A stretch of DNA of 64,000 bases. It comes from Myxococcales bacterium. GTDB taxonomy: Bacteria > Myxococcota_A > Polyangia > Polyangiales > DASUME01. The position numbers were made by a program, and so were the translations under genes. The notes below the pieces were generated by a model that made no database searches, was not told the origin of the DNA, and worked only from the letters and a program-made list of their open reading frames with translations. Position 1 is the first letter of the stretch. Each line of letters starts with the position of its first letter. The DNA lies in the NCBI GenBank assembly GCA_047601445.1, contig JASGJH010000001.1:1568001-1632000 (forward strand). The letters run 5' to 3'. Below, one piece after another: positions 48,203 to 57,136 of this stretch.

Positions 48203-49323
48203 CCTCGCTCCTCAACATCGTCTGGCTCGGACTCAAGGAGCTCCGCAGTTTGATGAGCGACATGGTGATGGTCGCGTTCGTGGTCTATGCGTTCACCTTC
48301 GCCATCTACGTCCAGGCCACGGGCACCTCGAGCGAAGTCAACAATGCCTCCATCGCCTTCGTCGACGAAGACGGCTCGGCCCTCTCCAAGGAGCTGTTCA
48401 ACGCCTTCTATCCGCCTCGCTTCAAGGTCCCCGAGTGGATCACGGCCGTCGACGTGCAGCGCACGATGGACGAAGGACGCTACATGTTCGTGGTGGTGAT
48501 CCCGCCACGCTTCGAGGAGGACCTGCGGGCCGGGCGCCGCCCGAGTATCCAGTTGAATATCGACGCCACCGCCATGCAGCAGGCCGGCATCGGATCGGGC
48601 TACATCAAGAACATCGTCCAGAGCCGCATCTCCTCGTTCCTGAAACGCTCGGAGGAGCTGCCTCAACCCGCCATCGAGCTCGTGGTGCGCAAGCTCTTCA
48701 ACCCCAACGGGCTCTCGTCTTGGTTCAAGAGCGTGGTGGCCATCATCAACCAAATCACGCTGCTCACGGTGGTCCTCACCGGGGCCGCGGTGATCCGCGA
48801 GCGCGAGCACGGCACGCTCGAGCACCTGTTGGTGATGCCCTTGAGCGCCTTCGAGATCGCCATGGCCAAGGTGTGGTCGAACGGCCTGGTGATCCTGCTC
48901 GCGACGGCGGCGTCGCTGTTCCTGGTGGTGCAGCTGGCCTTGAAGGTGCCCTTCGCCGGCTCGATGACGCTGTGGTTCGTGGGCGTGGTGCTGTATCTCT
49001 TCTTCGCCACGGCGTTGGGCATCTTCCTCGGGACGATCTCGCGCTCCATGGCCCAGTTCGCGCTGCTGATCATCCTGGTGAACGTGGTGCTGATGTTGCT
49101 CTCCGGCGGTAGCACGCCGGTCGAGAGTCAGCCGCGCTGGCTGCAGTGGCTCACCTATCTCTTGCCGGCGCGGCACTTCGTGTCCTTTTCGCAGGTGATC
49201 ATCTATCGCGGCGGCGGCCTTCGCGCGGTGTGGCCGCAGTTCGTGATGGTCGGCTCGGTGGGGCTCGGTTTCTTCGTGTACAGCCTGGCCCTCTTCCGCA
49301 AGTCCATCGCCGTCAGCAAGTGA
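48199..49323 (+). CDS. ABC-2 type permease (YhhJ-like)
   Basis: ATGA overlap with rbbA; LGLKELRSL, REREHGTLEHLLVMP, LSGGSTPVESQP. Confidence 0.92.
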   Translation: MTSLLNIVWLGLKELRSLMSDMVMVAFVVYAFTFAIYVQATGTSSEVNNASIAFVDEDGSALSKELFNAFYPPRFKVPEWITAVDVQRTMDEGRYMFVVVIPPRFEEDLRAGRRPSIQLNIDATAMQQAGIGSGYIKNIVQSRISSFLKRSEELPQPAIELVVRKLFNPNGLSSWFKSVVAIINQITLLTVVLTGAAVIREREHGTLEHLLVMPLSAFEIAMAKVWSNGLVILLATAASLFLVVQLALKVPFAGSMTLWFVGVVLYLFFATALGIFLGTISRSMAQFALLIILVNVVLMLLSGGSTPVESQPRWLQWLTYLLPARHFVSFSQVIIYRGGGLRAVWPQFVMVGSVGLGFFVYSLALFRKSIAVSK

Positions 49324-49397
49324 GCCGAAGAGGCCGAGGTCGGCGCGCCTTTCCCAGGGCCGGCGAGGACCGCCTCATTTGGCGTTATTCAATTAAC

Positions 49398-49426
49398 TTG
49401 ACGCTCATAACATCAATATGTAGAAC
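49398..49426 (+). promoter_or_regulatory. Sigma-70 promoter, likely producing a leaderless tetR mRNA
   Basis: TTGACG-N17-TAGAAC, with the ATG at 49433 only 6 nt downstream and no SD. Confidence 0.6.
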
Positions 49427-49432
49427 CTGGTC

Positions 49433-50122
49433 ATGGCTCCCCGCAGCTACTCGAGCGCCATCCGCGATGCCCAGGTCGAGCAGACGCGCGCTCTCCTCTT
49501 GGAAACCGCCCGAACCATGTTGGCAGAGGGTGGCATCGACGCGCTGACCCTGCCCAGGCTCGCGCAGGTGGCCGGTGTCTCGGTGCCCACGGTGTATCGA
49601 CACTTCCCCAGCCTGGACGACCTGTTCCGCGCGTTCCTCGAGTGGCTCCGTCCGAGGCTCGGTCTCACCGAAGAGCGCCTGATGAGCGTCACGCCCGAGC
49701 AACTCCCGGCGGTCCCCGGCGAGAACTTTCCGCGCTACGAGGCCGAGTCCGGCGTACTGCGTCCGCTGATGGAGTCACGCGAGTTCAATCGCGTGCGGGT
49801 GGCCAGCATGCGCGACCGCGCCCGCAAGGCGGCTGCGCGACTGAAGGCGGAGAGCGACGGCTGGTCCGACGCGGAGCGCGAAGCACGCGCAGGCGCCATC
49901 TGGGTCCTGCAGTCTCCGCATGTCTGGCGCTGGATGCGCGACACCTGGGGCCTCGACAACGAGGAAGCCGCCGAGGCGGCGAGCTGGGCCATGGCCACGC
50001 TGCGCGACGCCCTGCGCCGGGGCAAGCCGGAGAACACCAAGGCAAAGAGCAAGGGCAAGATCCGAACCGCGCCCCAAGCCAACACTGGAAGAGCCAACGG
50101 AAAGGCCAAGAAGAGAGCATGA
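49433..50122 (+). CDS. TetR/AcrR family transcriptional regulator
   Basis: RSYSS.IR..Q...TR..LL..A, LAQVAGVSVPTVYRHFPS. Confidence 0.9.
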   Translation: MAPRSYSSAIRDAQVEQTRALLLETARTMLAEGGIDALTLPRLAQVAGVSVPTVYRHFPSLDDLFRAFLEWLRPRLGLTEERLMSVTPEQLPAVPGENFPRYEAESGVLRPLMESREFNRVRVASMRDRARKAAARLKAESDGWSDAEREARAGAIWVLQSPHVWRWMRDTWGLDNEEAAEAASWAMATLRDALRRGKPENTKAKSKGKIRTAPQANTGRANGKAKKRA

Positions 50123-51156
50123 GTAAGGGACGGAAGATCGCGCGCATCGTCGGTGTCGCGCTGGGAGTGCTGGTCGTTGCGGCAGGGACTGGCTTCTGGC
50201 TGGCCTCCTCGCAGGCGCGCGCAAAGCTCGAGCGTCACTTCGAAGCTCACACGGTGGACTTTGCAGTGCCCAATCCGCTCACGCAGCAGGAGCTCGACGA
50301 GCTGCGCGCCGAGCGGGCCAAGACCTTGCCGCCCGCAGTCGACGGCGAGGCTGCCGCGGATCCGCTGGCGGGCGTCGACCTCCCTGGCATCGCGCTCGAG
50401 CGCGCCATCGCGCGCGGCAAGCACCTGGTGGAGGCGCGCTATGCCTGCGGTGCGTGCCACGGAGCCAACTTCGCTGGCGGAGTCATGATAGACAACGGCG
50501 CCATCGGCACCATTCGTGGCGCCAACCTCACGTCCGGCAAGGGCGGCCTGCCCGCGAACTACGCAGTAGCCGACTGGGACCGCATCGTGCGTCACGGAAT
50601 CAAGCCCGATGGGTCGCCCGCCGTCATGCCCTCCGAGGACTTCTTTGCCATGACGGACCAGGAACTCTCGGATGTGATCGCCTACTTGCGCTCGCAGCCA
50701 TCCGTGGACGCCGAAGTGCCGAAGCCCACGTTCGGCCCAGTTGGTACGGTGCTGCTCGCCGTGGGCAAGTTTCCCTTGGCCGCGTACAAGCTGGGCGATC
50801 ATCAGCGCCCCCACGCGAAGCAAGCTCCGGACGCAGCGAATACGCCGGAGTTCGGCGCGCACCTGGCGGCCATCTGCACCGGTTGCCATCGCGAAAACTT
50901 GGCGGGTGGTCCCATGCTGTTCGGTCCGCCTGACTGGCCCGCGGCGGCCAACCTCACGCACCACGAGGCCGGGCTTTCGAGCTGGAGCTTCGACGACTTC
51001 GAGCGCGCGCTGGTGCACGGCAAGAGCAAGGATGGCCGCGCCTTGCGCCCGCCCATGAGCGAGGTGGTGCCGGCGACACGCGCGATGACAGCCACGGAGC
51101 GCAAGGCTCTGTGGACCTACCTAGCCAGTGTTCAGCCCATGCCCACCAACCCCTGA
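50119..51156 (+). CDS. Membrane-anchored diheme c-type cytochrome
   Basis: ATGA overlap with tetR; TM helix; CGACH, CTGCH; NLT...RHG.KPDG...MP repeated. Confidence 0.9.
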   Translation: MSKGRKIARIVGVALGVLVVAAGTGFWLASSQARAKLERHFEAHTVDFAVPNPLTQQELDELRAERAKTLPPAVDGEAAADPLAGVDLPGIALERAIARGKHLVEARYACGACHGANFAGGVMIDNGAIGTIRGANLTSGKGGLPANYAVADWDRIVRHGIKPDGSPAVMPSEDFFAMTDQELSDVIAYLRSQPSVDAEVPKPTFGPVGTVLLAVGKFPLAAYKLGDHQRPHAKQAPDAANTPEFGAHLAAICTGCHRENLAGGPMLFGPPDWPAAANLTHHEAGLSSWSFDDFERALVHGKSKDGRALRPPMSEVVPATRAMTATERKALWTYLASVQPMPTNP

Positions 51157-51168
51157 AGGCAATGAACC

Positions 51169-51627
51169 ATGCGAATCCACCACGTCACCATCCCAGCCCG
51201 TGATCCGCAGCGCGTTGCGGGCGTGCTCGCCGAGCTGTTCGGCGCGCGTGTGATTCCCCTCCCCCATCCGCAAGGCAACCTCCTCGTCTACGCGGGCGAC
51301 AGCGATGGAACCGCCGTCGAGGTGTGGCCCGCAGCGCTGCGTGGGGAGGTGGGAGCAGCCGAGCTCGAGCCGCGCGACTTGCCGCTGCCCGAGGCCTGGC
51401 CCCACCACGCGTACATCAGCAGCGACGCGTGCGACCCGGACCGTGTGGTCGCCACATTCGAGCGCGAAGGGTGGCGCGCTTTCAAGGTGCGCAACGGGCC
51501 GCCCGGCGGCGGCTTCACACTGGTGCGCGGATGGATCGAGAACCAGACAGCCATCGAGATTGCGGGCCAGGCCATGCGCCTCGAGTACGAGCGCTTCTTT
51601 CGTGAGGCGCTCGGCCGGGCCCAGTAG
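51169..51627 (+). CDS. VOC-fold hypothetical protein
   Basis: IHHVTIPARDPQRVAGVLAEL, GTAVEVWP, HAYI, EREGW, WIEN...IE. Confidence 0.75.
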   Translation: MRIHHVTIPARDPQRVAGVLAELFGARVIPLPHPQGNLLVYAGDSDGTAVEVWPAALRGEVGAAELEPRDLPLPEAWPHHAYISSDACDPDRVVATFEREGWRAFKVRNGPPGGGFTLVRGWIENQTAIEIAGQAMRLEYERFFREALGRAQ

Positions 51628-52244
51628 CTCGCCGTTTCCTCGCATTGGGCAGGCGGAGGTGTCGCCCGCGTCTCTTGCCCGCCAGGTCACCTTCGTGGCG
51701 TTTTGCAGCGGCGAGACAAAATGCCGCAACCAGGATTGGCACGGACGACCCGCACGACGCGGAGTTGCCGGCCAAGCACCCGCGCGTTCCCGAGTGCGTC
51801 TCCTCTCATGGGCTCGCGCTCGGATCCACCGAGCCGCTGTAACCTTGGAGGCGGGGTGAAACGTTCGGGCAGCGCTCGGCGTGACAGGTGGCCAGCGAAG
51901 CTGACTAAGTAAGGTAGGCAACCTTGGCCAGAAGTCTCTCGCGCCAGCTCAAACGAGCGTTGGCCAGGCCCGAATCACGCTGCGGCAAAACGCGCTAGTG
52001 GGGCAAAAGAGCACTTCAAAAGCCGTGTTTTCAAGCCATTCTCGTGATTGCTTCGGGCGCGAAAAGCACGCAAGCTTCCAACCTTTAGGACTGGCCGCGG
52101 GCGCGCCCAGTCGCCCCTCCCGTTCACGCATTGCGAGAGCCGAATGCCCCCTCTCTCTCAAGCGAACGTCGTTTCAATCGAGCCGGGTCTGCTCGCGTCC
52201 TACTTGCGCGCTCAGCCGAGCGGACAACGTCGCGAGGCCCTGTG

Positions 52245-52723
52245 ATGACGCAGGACGTCGCCGATGCATGGGACGAAGACTGCCACGAGCTCACGCTGGC
52301 CTGCGACAGCACGGGCGCCATCGTATGGGCTGACCGTCGCGCGCAGAAGAAGTGTCGCACCAGAAGCGTGAGCTCGAACGCCAGCAGCACGAGCTTCAAG
52401 AAACCAACCTGTTGGCCGCCATACGCGGACAAATGCGCCCTCTCCTGTCTGCCAGCGAAGGCGTGGAGCTGGTATTCGACGACCCGCCTGCCGACCTATG
52501 GCTCGACACCGACCAGGGAAAGGTCGCTGAGGTCCTGCGCAACCTGATCTCGAACGCGCTCAAGTTCACCGAACGGGGAGAAGTGCAGGCGAGCGCATAC
52601 GTGGTGGGCAACCAAGCCCTGCTGCGGGTGAAGGATACGGGCATCGGAATTGCACTGAAGAGAGCCTCTCCAGGGAGCTCGCAATCAACCGCATTCGAGA
52701 CGCCTTGCGCAAGGCGGGGGTAG
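52245..52723 (+). pseudogene. Internally deleted sensor histidine kinase remnant
   Basis: Short PAS-like start, frame change, ELQETN fused directly to LLAAIRGQMRPLL (no H-box), N box LRNLISNALKFT and G1 DTGIGIA; the F/G2 boxes are missing. Confidence 0.7.
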
Positions 52724-52735
52724 GACAGGCTGTCC

Positions 52736-54365
52736 ATGGATAACGAAGCGCTGAAGGGCTCAGAACTCAAGACAGCCGCCCGTCGTCCTGCGATGGTGCT
52801 CAACGTCAACGACGCCGAAGGCGCCCGCTACACGACGAGCCTCATGCTGCGAAAGGCGGGTTTTGCCGTGCTCGAAGCGGCCAGCGGCGCAGCCGCCCTC
52901 GAGCTCGCCGAAGAGCTGCCCGAGGTCATCGTGCTGGACGTGAGGCTACCCGACATCGATGGGTTCGAGGTCTGTCGACGGATTCGCGCCAATCCCAGGA
53001 CGGCCTCGATCAAGAATCCTGCACACCTCCGCCACTTTCGTCACGCTGGAGAAGCGCGTGCAGGGGCTTGAGCTGGGCGCCGACGGCTACCTCGCCCAAC
53101 CCTTCGAGGGCCAGGAGCTGGTGGCCACCGTGCACGCGCTGGTGCGCTTGAGTCGAGCGGAGCAGGACCTGCGCACACGCGCGGAGGAGCTGCAGGCAGC
53201 CGGCCGCAGAAAGGACGAGTTTTTGGCCATGCTCGCCCACGAGCTGCGCAATCCCCTCTCGGCTATCAGCGCGTCGCTACCGCTGCTGTCGCGACACGCG
53301 GCCCACGACGGGACGGAAGAGCGCGCTCGCGAGATTGTCCAGCGCCAGGTGCGCCAGCTGAGCGGACTGGTGGACGACCTGCTGGATGTGGCGCGGGTGA
53401 CGCAGGGTAAGATCGAGCTGCACCGAAGCACGATCGATCTCGCCGAGCTGCTCGTGCGCACGGTTTGCGCGCTGCGCGACACCAAGGCTCGCCCGCGCCG
53501 GCAGACCATGACGCTGTCCTTGCCTGACGGCCCGCTGTGGGTGGACGGCGACCCCATGCGCCTCGAGCAAATCTTCGCAAACTTGATTGACAACGCTTGC
53601 AAGTACACACCCGAGGGCGGGTCCGTCACGATCTCGGTGAGCAAGCGCCCGAGTGACGGCCGGGAGCGCCTGAACGTGAAAGTCTGCGACACGGGCATGG
53701 GCATCGCGGCGGACGGGCTGTCTCAGATCTTCGAGCTGTTCTCCCAGGTGGCTGTGGCCATCGATCGATCGCGCGGCGGGCTCGGCATCGGTCTCACGCT
53801 CGTGCGCACCCTGGTGGGTCTTCACGGCGGGCGAGTCAGCGCCAGCAGCGAGGGGCCCGGCATGGGTGCCGTCTTCGAAGTCGAGCTGCCCTGCGCGTCA
53901 CCCGCCAGCACAGCGAACTCGAAGTGCGACCAAGAGCCGTCTGGCGTGCACAAGGGCGTGGCGCGCCGGCGTCGCGTGCTGCTCGTGGAGGACAACGACG
54001 ATGCCCGCCAGGGGCTGATGGACCTGTGGCAGCTGTGGGGTCACGAGGTGATTCCGGCGGGCGACGGTGCGGAGGCCATCGAACGCGCGCTGGCGGACGA
54101 ACCAGACATCGCCTTCGTCGACATCGGCTTGCCGGAGTTGGACGGCTACGAGGTCGCACGACGCTTGCGGGCCAACCCGAGGAGCTCGGAGCTCTTGCTG
54201 GTGGCGCTCACCGGTTACGGCTCACCCGAGCAGAAGGGCAAAGCGTTCGAGGCCGGCTTCGACCACCATCTATTGAAGCCGGTGGAACCCGCCATGGTGC
54301 GCAAGCTGATCGACGACCTGAGCGCCACGCGCGCGAGCTCACGACGACGCTCGCGCAGCGCCTAG
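52736..54365 (+). CDS. Hybrid receiver-histidine kinase-receiver protein (one frameshift near 53015)
   Basis: REC (VLNVND...LDVRLPDIDGFEVCRRI); junction AAG-A-ATC-CTG has one extra A; then HTSATFV, LAHELRNPL, NLIDNACKYT, GGLGIGL and a C-terminal REC. Confidence 0.88.
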
Positions 54366-54408
54366 CAAATCGCGTGGAACCTGCGCGACCCGATGCTGTC
54401 TTGGATGC

Positions 54409-54771
54409 ATGCAACCCAAGACCCCTGCCGCTCTGGTCCAAAGCTATGTGGCGCGCGTACAGCAGCGCGAGCTCGAGGCGCTGCTCTCGCTCTACGAGCC
54501 GGATGCTCTGTTCGTCCCCAAGCCCCACGTGCACGTCCGCGGGCACGCCGCCCTGCGCGAGGGCTTCGAGGAGCTGTTCGCGATCGAGCCGGTGCTAACC
54601 GTGCACATCGCCGAAGAGCATCAGGCCACGGACCTGGTGCTCCTCGCCAACGACTGGACCCTGGAAGGCACCACACCCGACGGACGCGCGGTCGCGCGCT
54701 CGGGGCGCAGCGCAGTGGTCCTGCGGCGGGGCGACGATGGCTCGTGGCGGATCGTAATGGACCGCTTGTAG
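54409..54771 (+). CDS. SnoaL-like / YybH (DUF4440) family protein
   Basis: LEALLSLYEPDALFV...VRGHAALRE...VLRRGDDGSWRIVMD. Confidence 0.85.
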   Translation: MQPKTPAALVQSYVARVQQRELEALLSLYEPDALFVPKPHVHVRGHAALREGFEELFAIEPVLTVHIAEEHQATDLVLLANDWTLEGTTPDGRAVARSGRSAVVLRRGDDGSWRIVMDRL

Positions 54772-54800
54772 CAGGGCGCTGACCAAGTCAGCGCCCTGCT
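54770..54800. terminator. Perfect 14-bp inverted repeat between convergent genes
   Basis: AGCAGGGCGCTGAC-CAA-GTCAGCGCCCTGCT. Confidence 0.7.
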
Positions 54801-54841
54801 CCCGTGCCAACCTTGCGCCAGCAAGGCTGGCCGTGCCCGAA

Positions 54842-55444
54842 CTACTTCGAGCCCTTGGCGGCATCGTCCACCATGCGCGAGAGCTGCTGCGCGCGCGTGG
54901 ACTCCTCTTCGAGCGAGCCGATGCGGTCGTTGATCAGCTGGGCGACCTTCTCCTCCTGCACCTCACCGCGCAGGGTTCGCAGGCTGCTGATGGACTGGTC
55001 GTTGCGCTGGATGAAGGTACTGAGGGCGAGCTTGGAGGCCTTGAGGCCCTCGGCCTGCTTGATCTTCTTGTTCTCCTTCGCCCAGGCCTCCTCGACCTTC
55101 TTCGTCTTCTGCTGCATCTGTGGAGAGTTCACGTCCACGCCGTAGGTCAGCGCGAAGGCGCCGAGACGGGCATCGCTCTTCTCGTACTCGATGTGGCGCT
55201 CCTTGAAGAACGAGCGAACCTCCGGGAGGTCGGCGACCTCGGCGGCAGCGCCAGAGTACGCGGACCGCGCCTGGTTGAGCGCGTGAAGCTCGGCGACGGC
55301 TTGCTGCGCCTTACCACTGAGTTGCCGGGGCTGCGCCTGGCCGGGAACCGCGGGCGCAGCCGGCCGGTCCTGTGCCAGAACGTGTGAACCTGTGAGAAGG
55401 CCGCCGCAGACAGCCAGCAGTTGCACGTGCTTCATGATGTTCAT
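54842..55444 (-). CDS. Secreted helical protein, DUF4142/ferritin-like
   Basis: Signal peptide (VLA-Q); LH.LNQ...PEVRSF...; helical charged body; GGAGG RBS. Confidence 0.65.
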   Translation of the reverse strand: MNIMKHVQLLAVCGGLLTGSHVLAQDRPAAPAVPGQAQPRQLSGKAQQAVAELHALNQARSAYSGAAAEVADLPEVRSFFKERHIEYEKSDARLGAFALTYGVDVNSPQMQQKTKKVEEAWAKENKKIKQAEGLKASKLALSTFIQRNDQSISSLRTLRGEVQEEKVAQLINDRIGSLEEESTRAQQLSRMVDDAAKGSK

Positions 55445-55737
55445 GCTTACCTCCGGTTCCAGGCGCTCCTGGAAACCCAGCGGAAGTAGTCACGTGACGA
55501 CCAGGTGCAAAGTGATGTCCCTCTCTCCTCCTGTCCGACCAACGAATTCGCTCAACTTGGCTCGGTGCAACTCGCCCAGTGTGCTCACTCGGCCTCGGCC
55601 GGCGCTGCGGAGGCGCGGGGCCGACAAAGCGCCCTCTCGCAGCCATCAACTCCATGCGCCCCCGCAGCGCCGACCTAGACCAAAGGACAAACTTGGGTAG
55701 AGGGAGCGCGCAAGAGGTCGGGAGGGTTGGCAGAGTC

Positions 55738-56349
<612 letters not shown>

Positions 56350-56449
56350 GGACCCGAGGATGCAGCGAGACGGCCGCTTCGGCCAATCGCCCTGACGTGG
56401 AAAATGGTCGGCGTTCCTGCCACGCTTGGGGCCCCAGGTGACCCTTCCG

Positions 56450-57136
56450 ATGAGCCCAACTCTCGAACCGTGCATCCCCTCGAACGGCGTTGCCCTGCAC
56501 GTGGAGGCCGTGGCCTTCGACTTCGACGGCACGCTCGCGGACACCACCGGGGCCATCGTGAATACGGCGCTCCAAACGCTGCGCGAGCTCGAGCTTCCCA
56601 GCGTCCCGCCTGAGACCTTCGTGGCGATGATCGGGTTGCCGCTCAGGCAAGCCTTCATCGGGGCCGGGGTCGCGCCCGAGGCCGCCGACGCCTGCGTGGT
56701 GCACTATCGCGCCTGCTTCCCGGCGAACGCCCGGGCAGTGACGTTGTTTCCCGCGGTGCGCGAGTGCCTGGAGGAGCTCACGCGTCAGGGAAGACGACTC
56801 GGGATCGTCTCGAGCCGCGGCCGTGCCTCCCTGCTCGAGCTGCTCGATCGCCTGCAAATTCGCGCACATTTCCGGCAGGTTCTCGGCGACGAAGACGTGC
56901 TGCGTAAGAAGCCCGAACCAGATCTCGTGCACATGCTGGGTACCCGCTTGCAGATCGCTCCGGCTCGCATGCTGGTGGTGGGGGACACCACCTATGACAT
57001 CGAGATGGGCCACGCGGCTGGCGCTGCAACCTGTGCGGTGACATACGGCAGCCACGACGGGGCGCGCCTGCAAGCAGCACGTCCCACCTACCAACTCGAC
57101 TCGCTCTCAGGTCTGGGAGCACTGCTGGCGCGATGA
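56450..57136 (+). CDS. HAD-superfamily hydrolase (phosphoglycolate phosphatase-like)
   Basis: FDFDGTLADT, IVSS, KKPEPD, VVGDTTYDIEMGHAAG. Confidence 0.9.
   Translation: MSPTLEPCIPSNGVALHVEAVAFDFDGTLADTTGAIVNTALQTLRELELPSVPPETFVAMIGLPLRQAFIGAGVAPEAADACVVHYRACFPANARAVTLFPAVRECLEELTRQGRRLGIVSSRGRASLLELLDRLQIRAHFRQVLGDEDVLRKKPEPDLVHMLGTRLQIAPARMLVVGDTTYDIEMGHAAGAATCAVTYGSHDGARLQAARPTYQLDSLSGLGALLAR

Noticed and set aside
54805..54820. GG-N10-GC sigma-54-like sequence on the minus strand
   Set aside because: It lies between convergent 3' ends and points into a terminator hairpin with no gene to drive.
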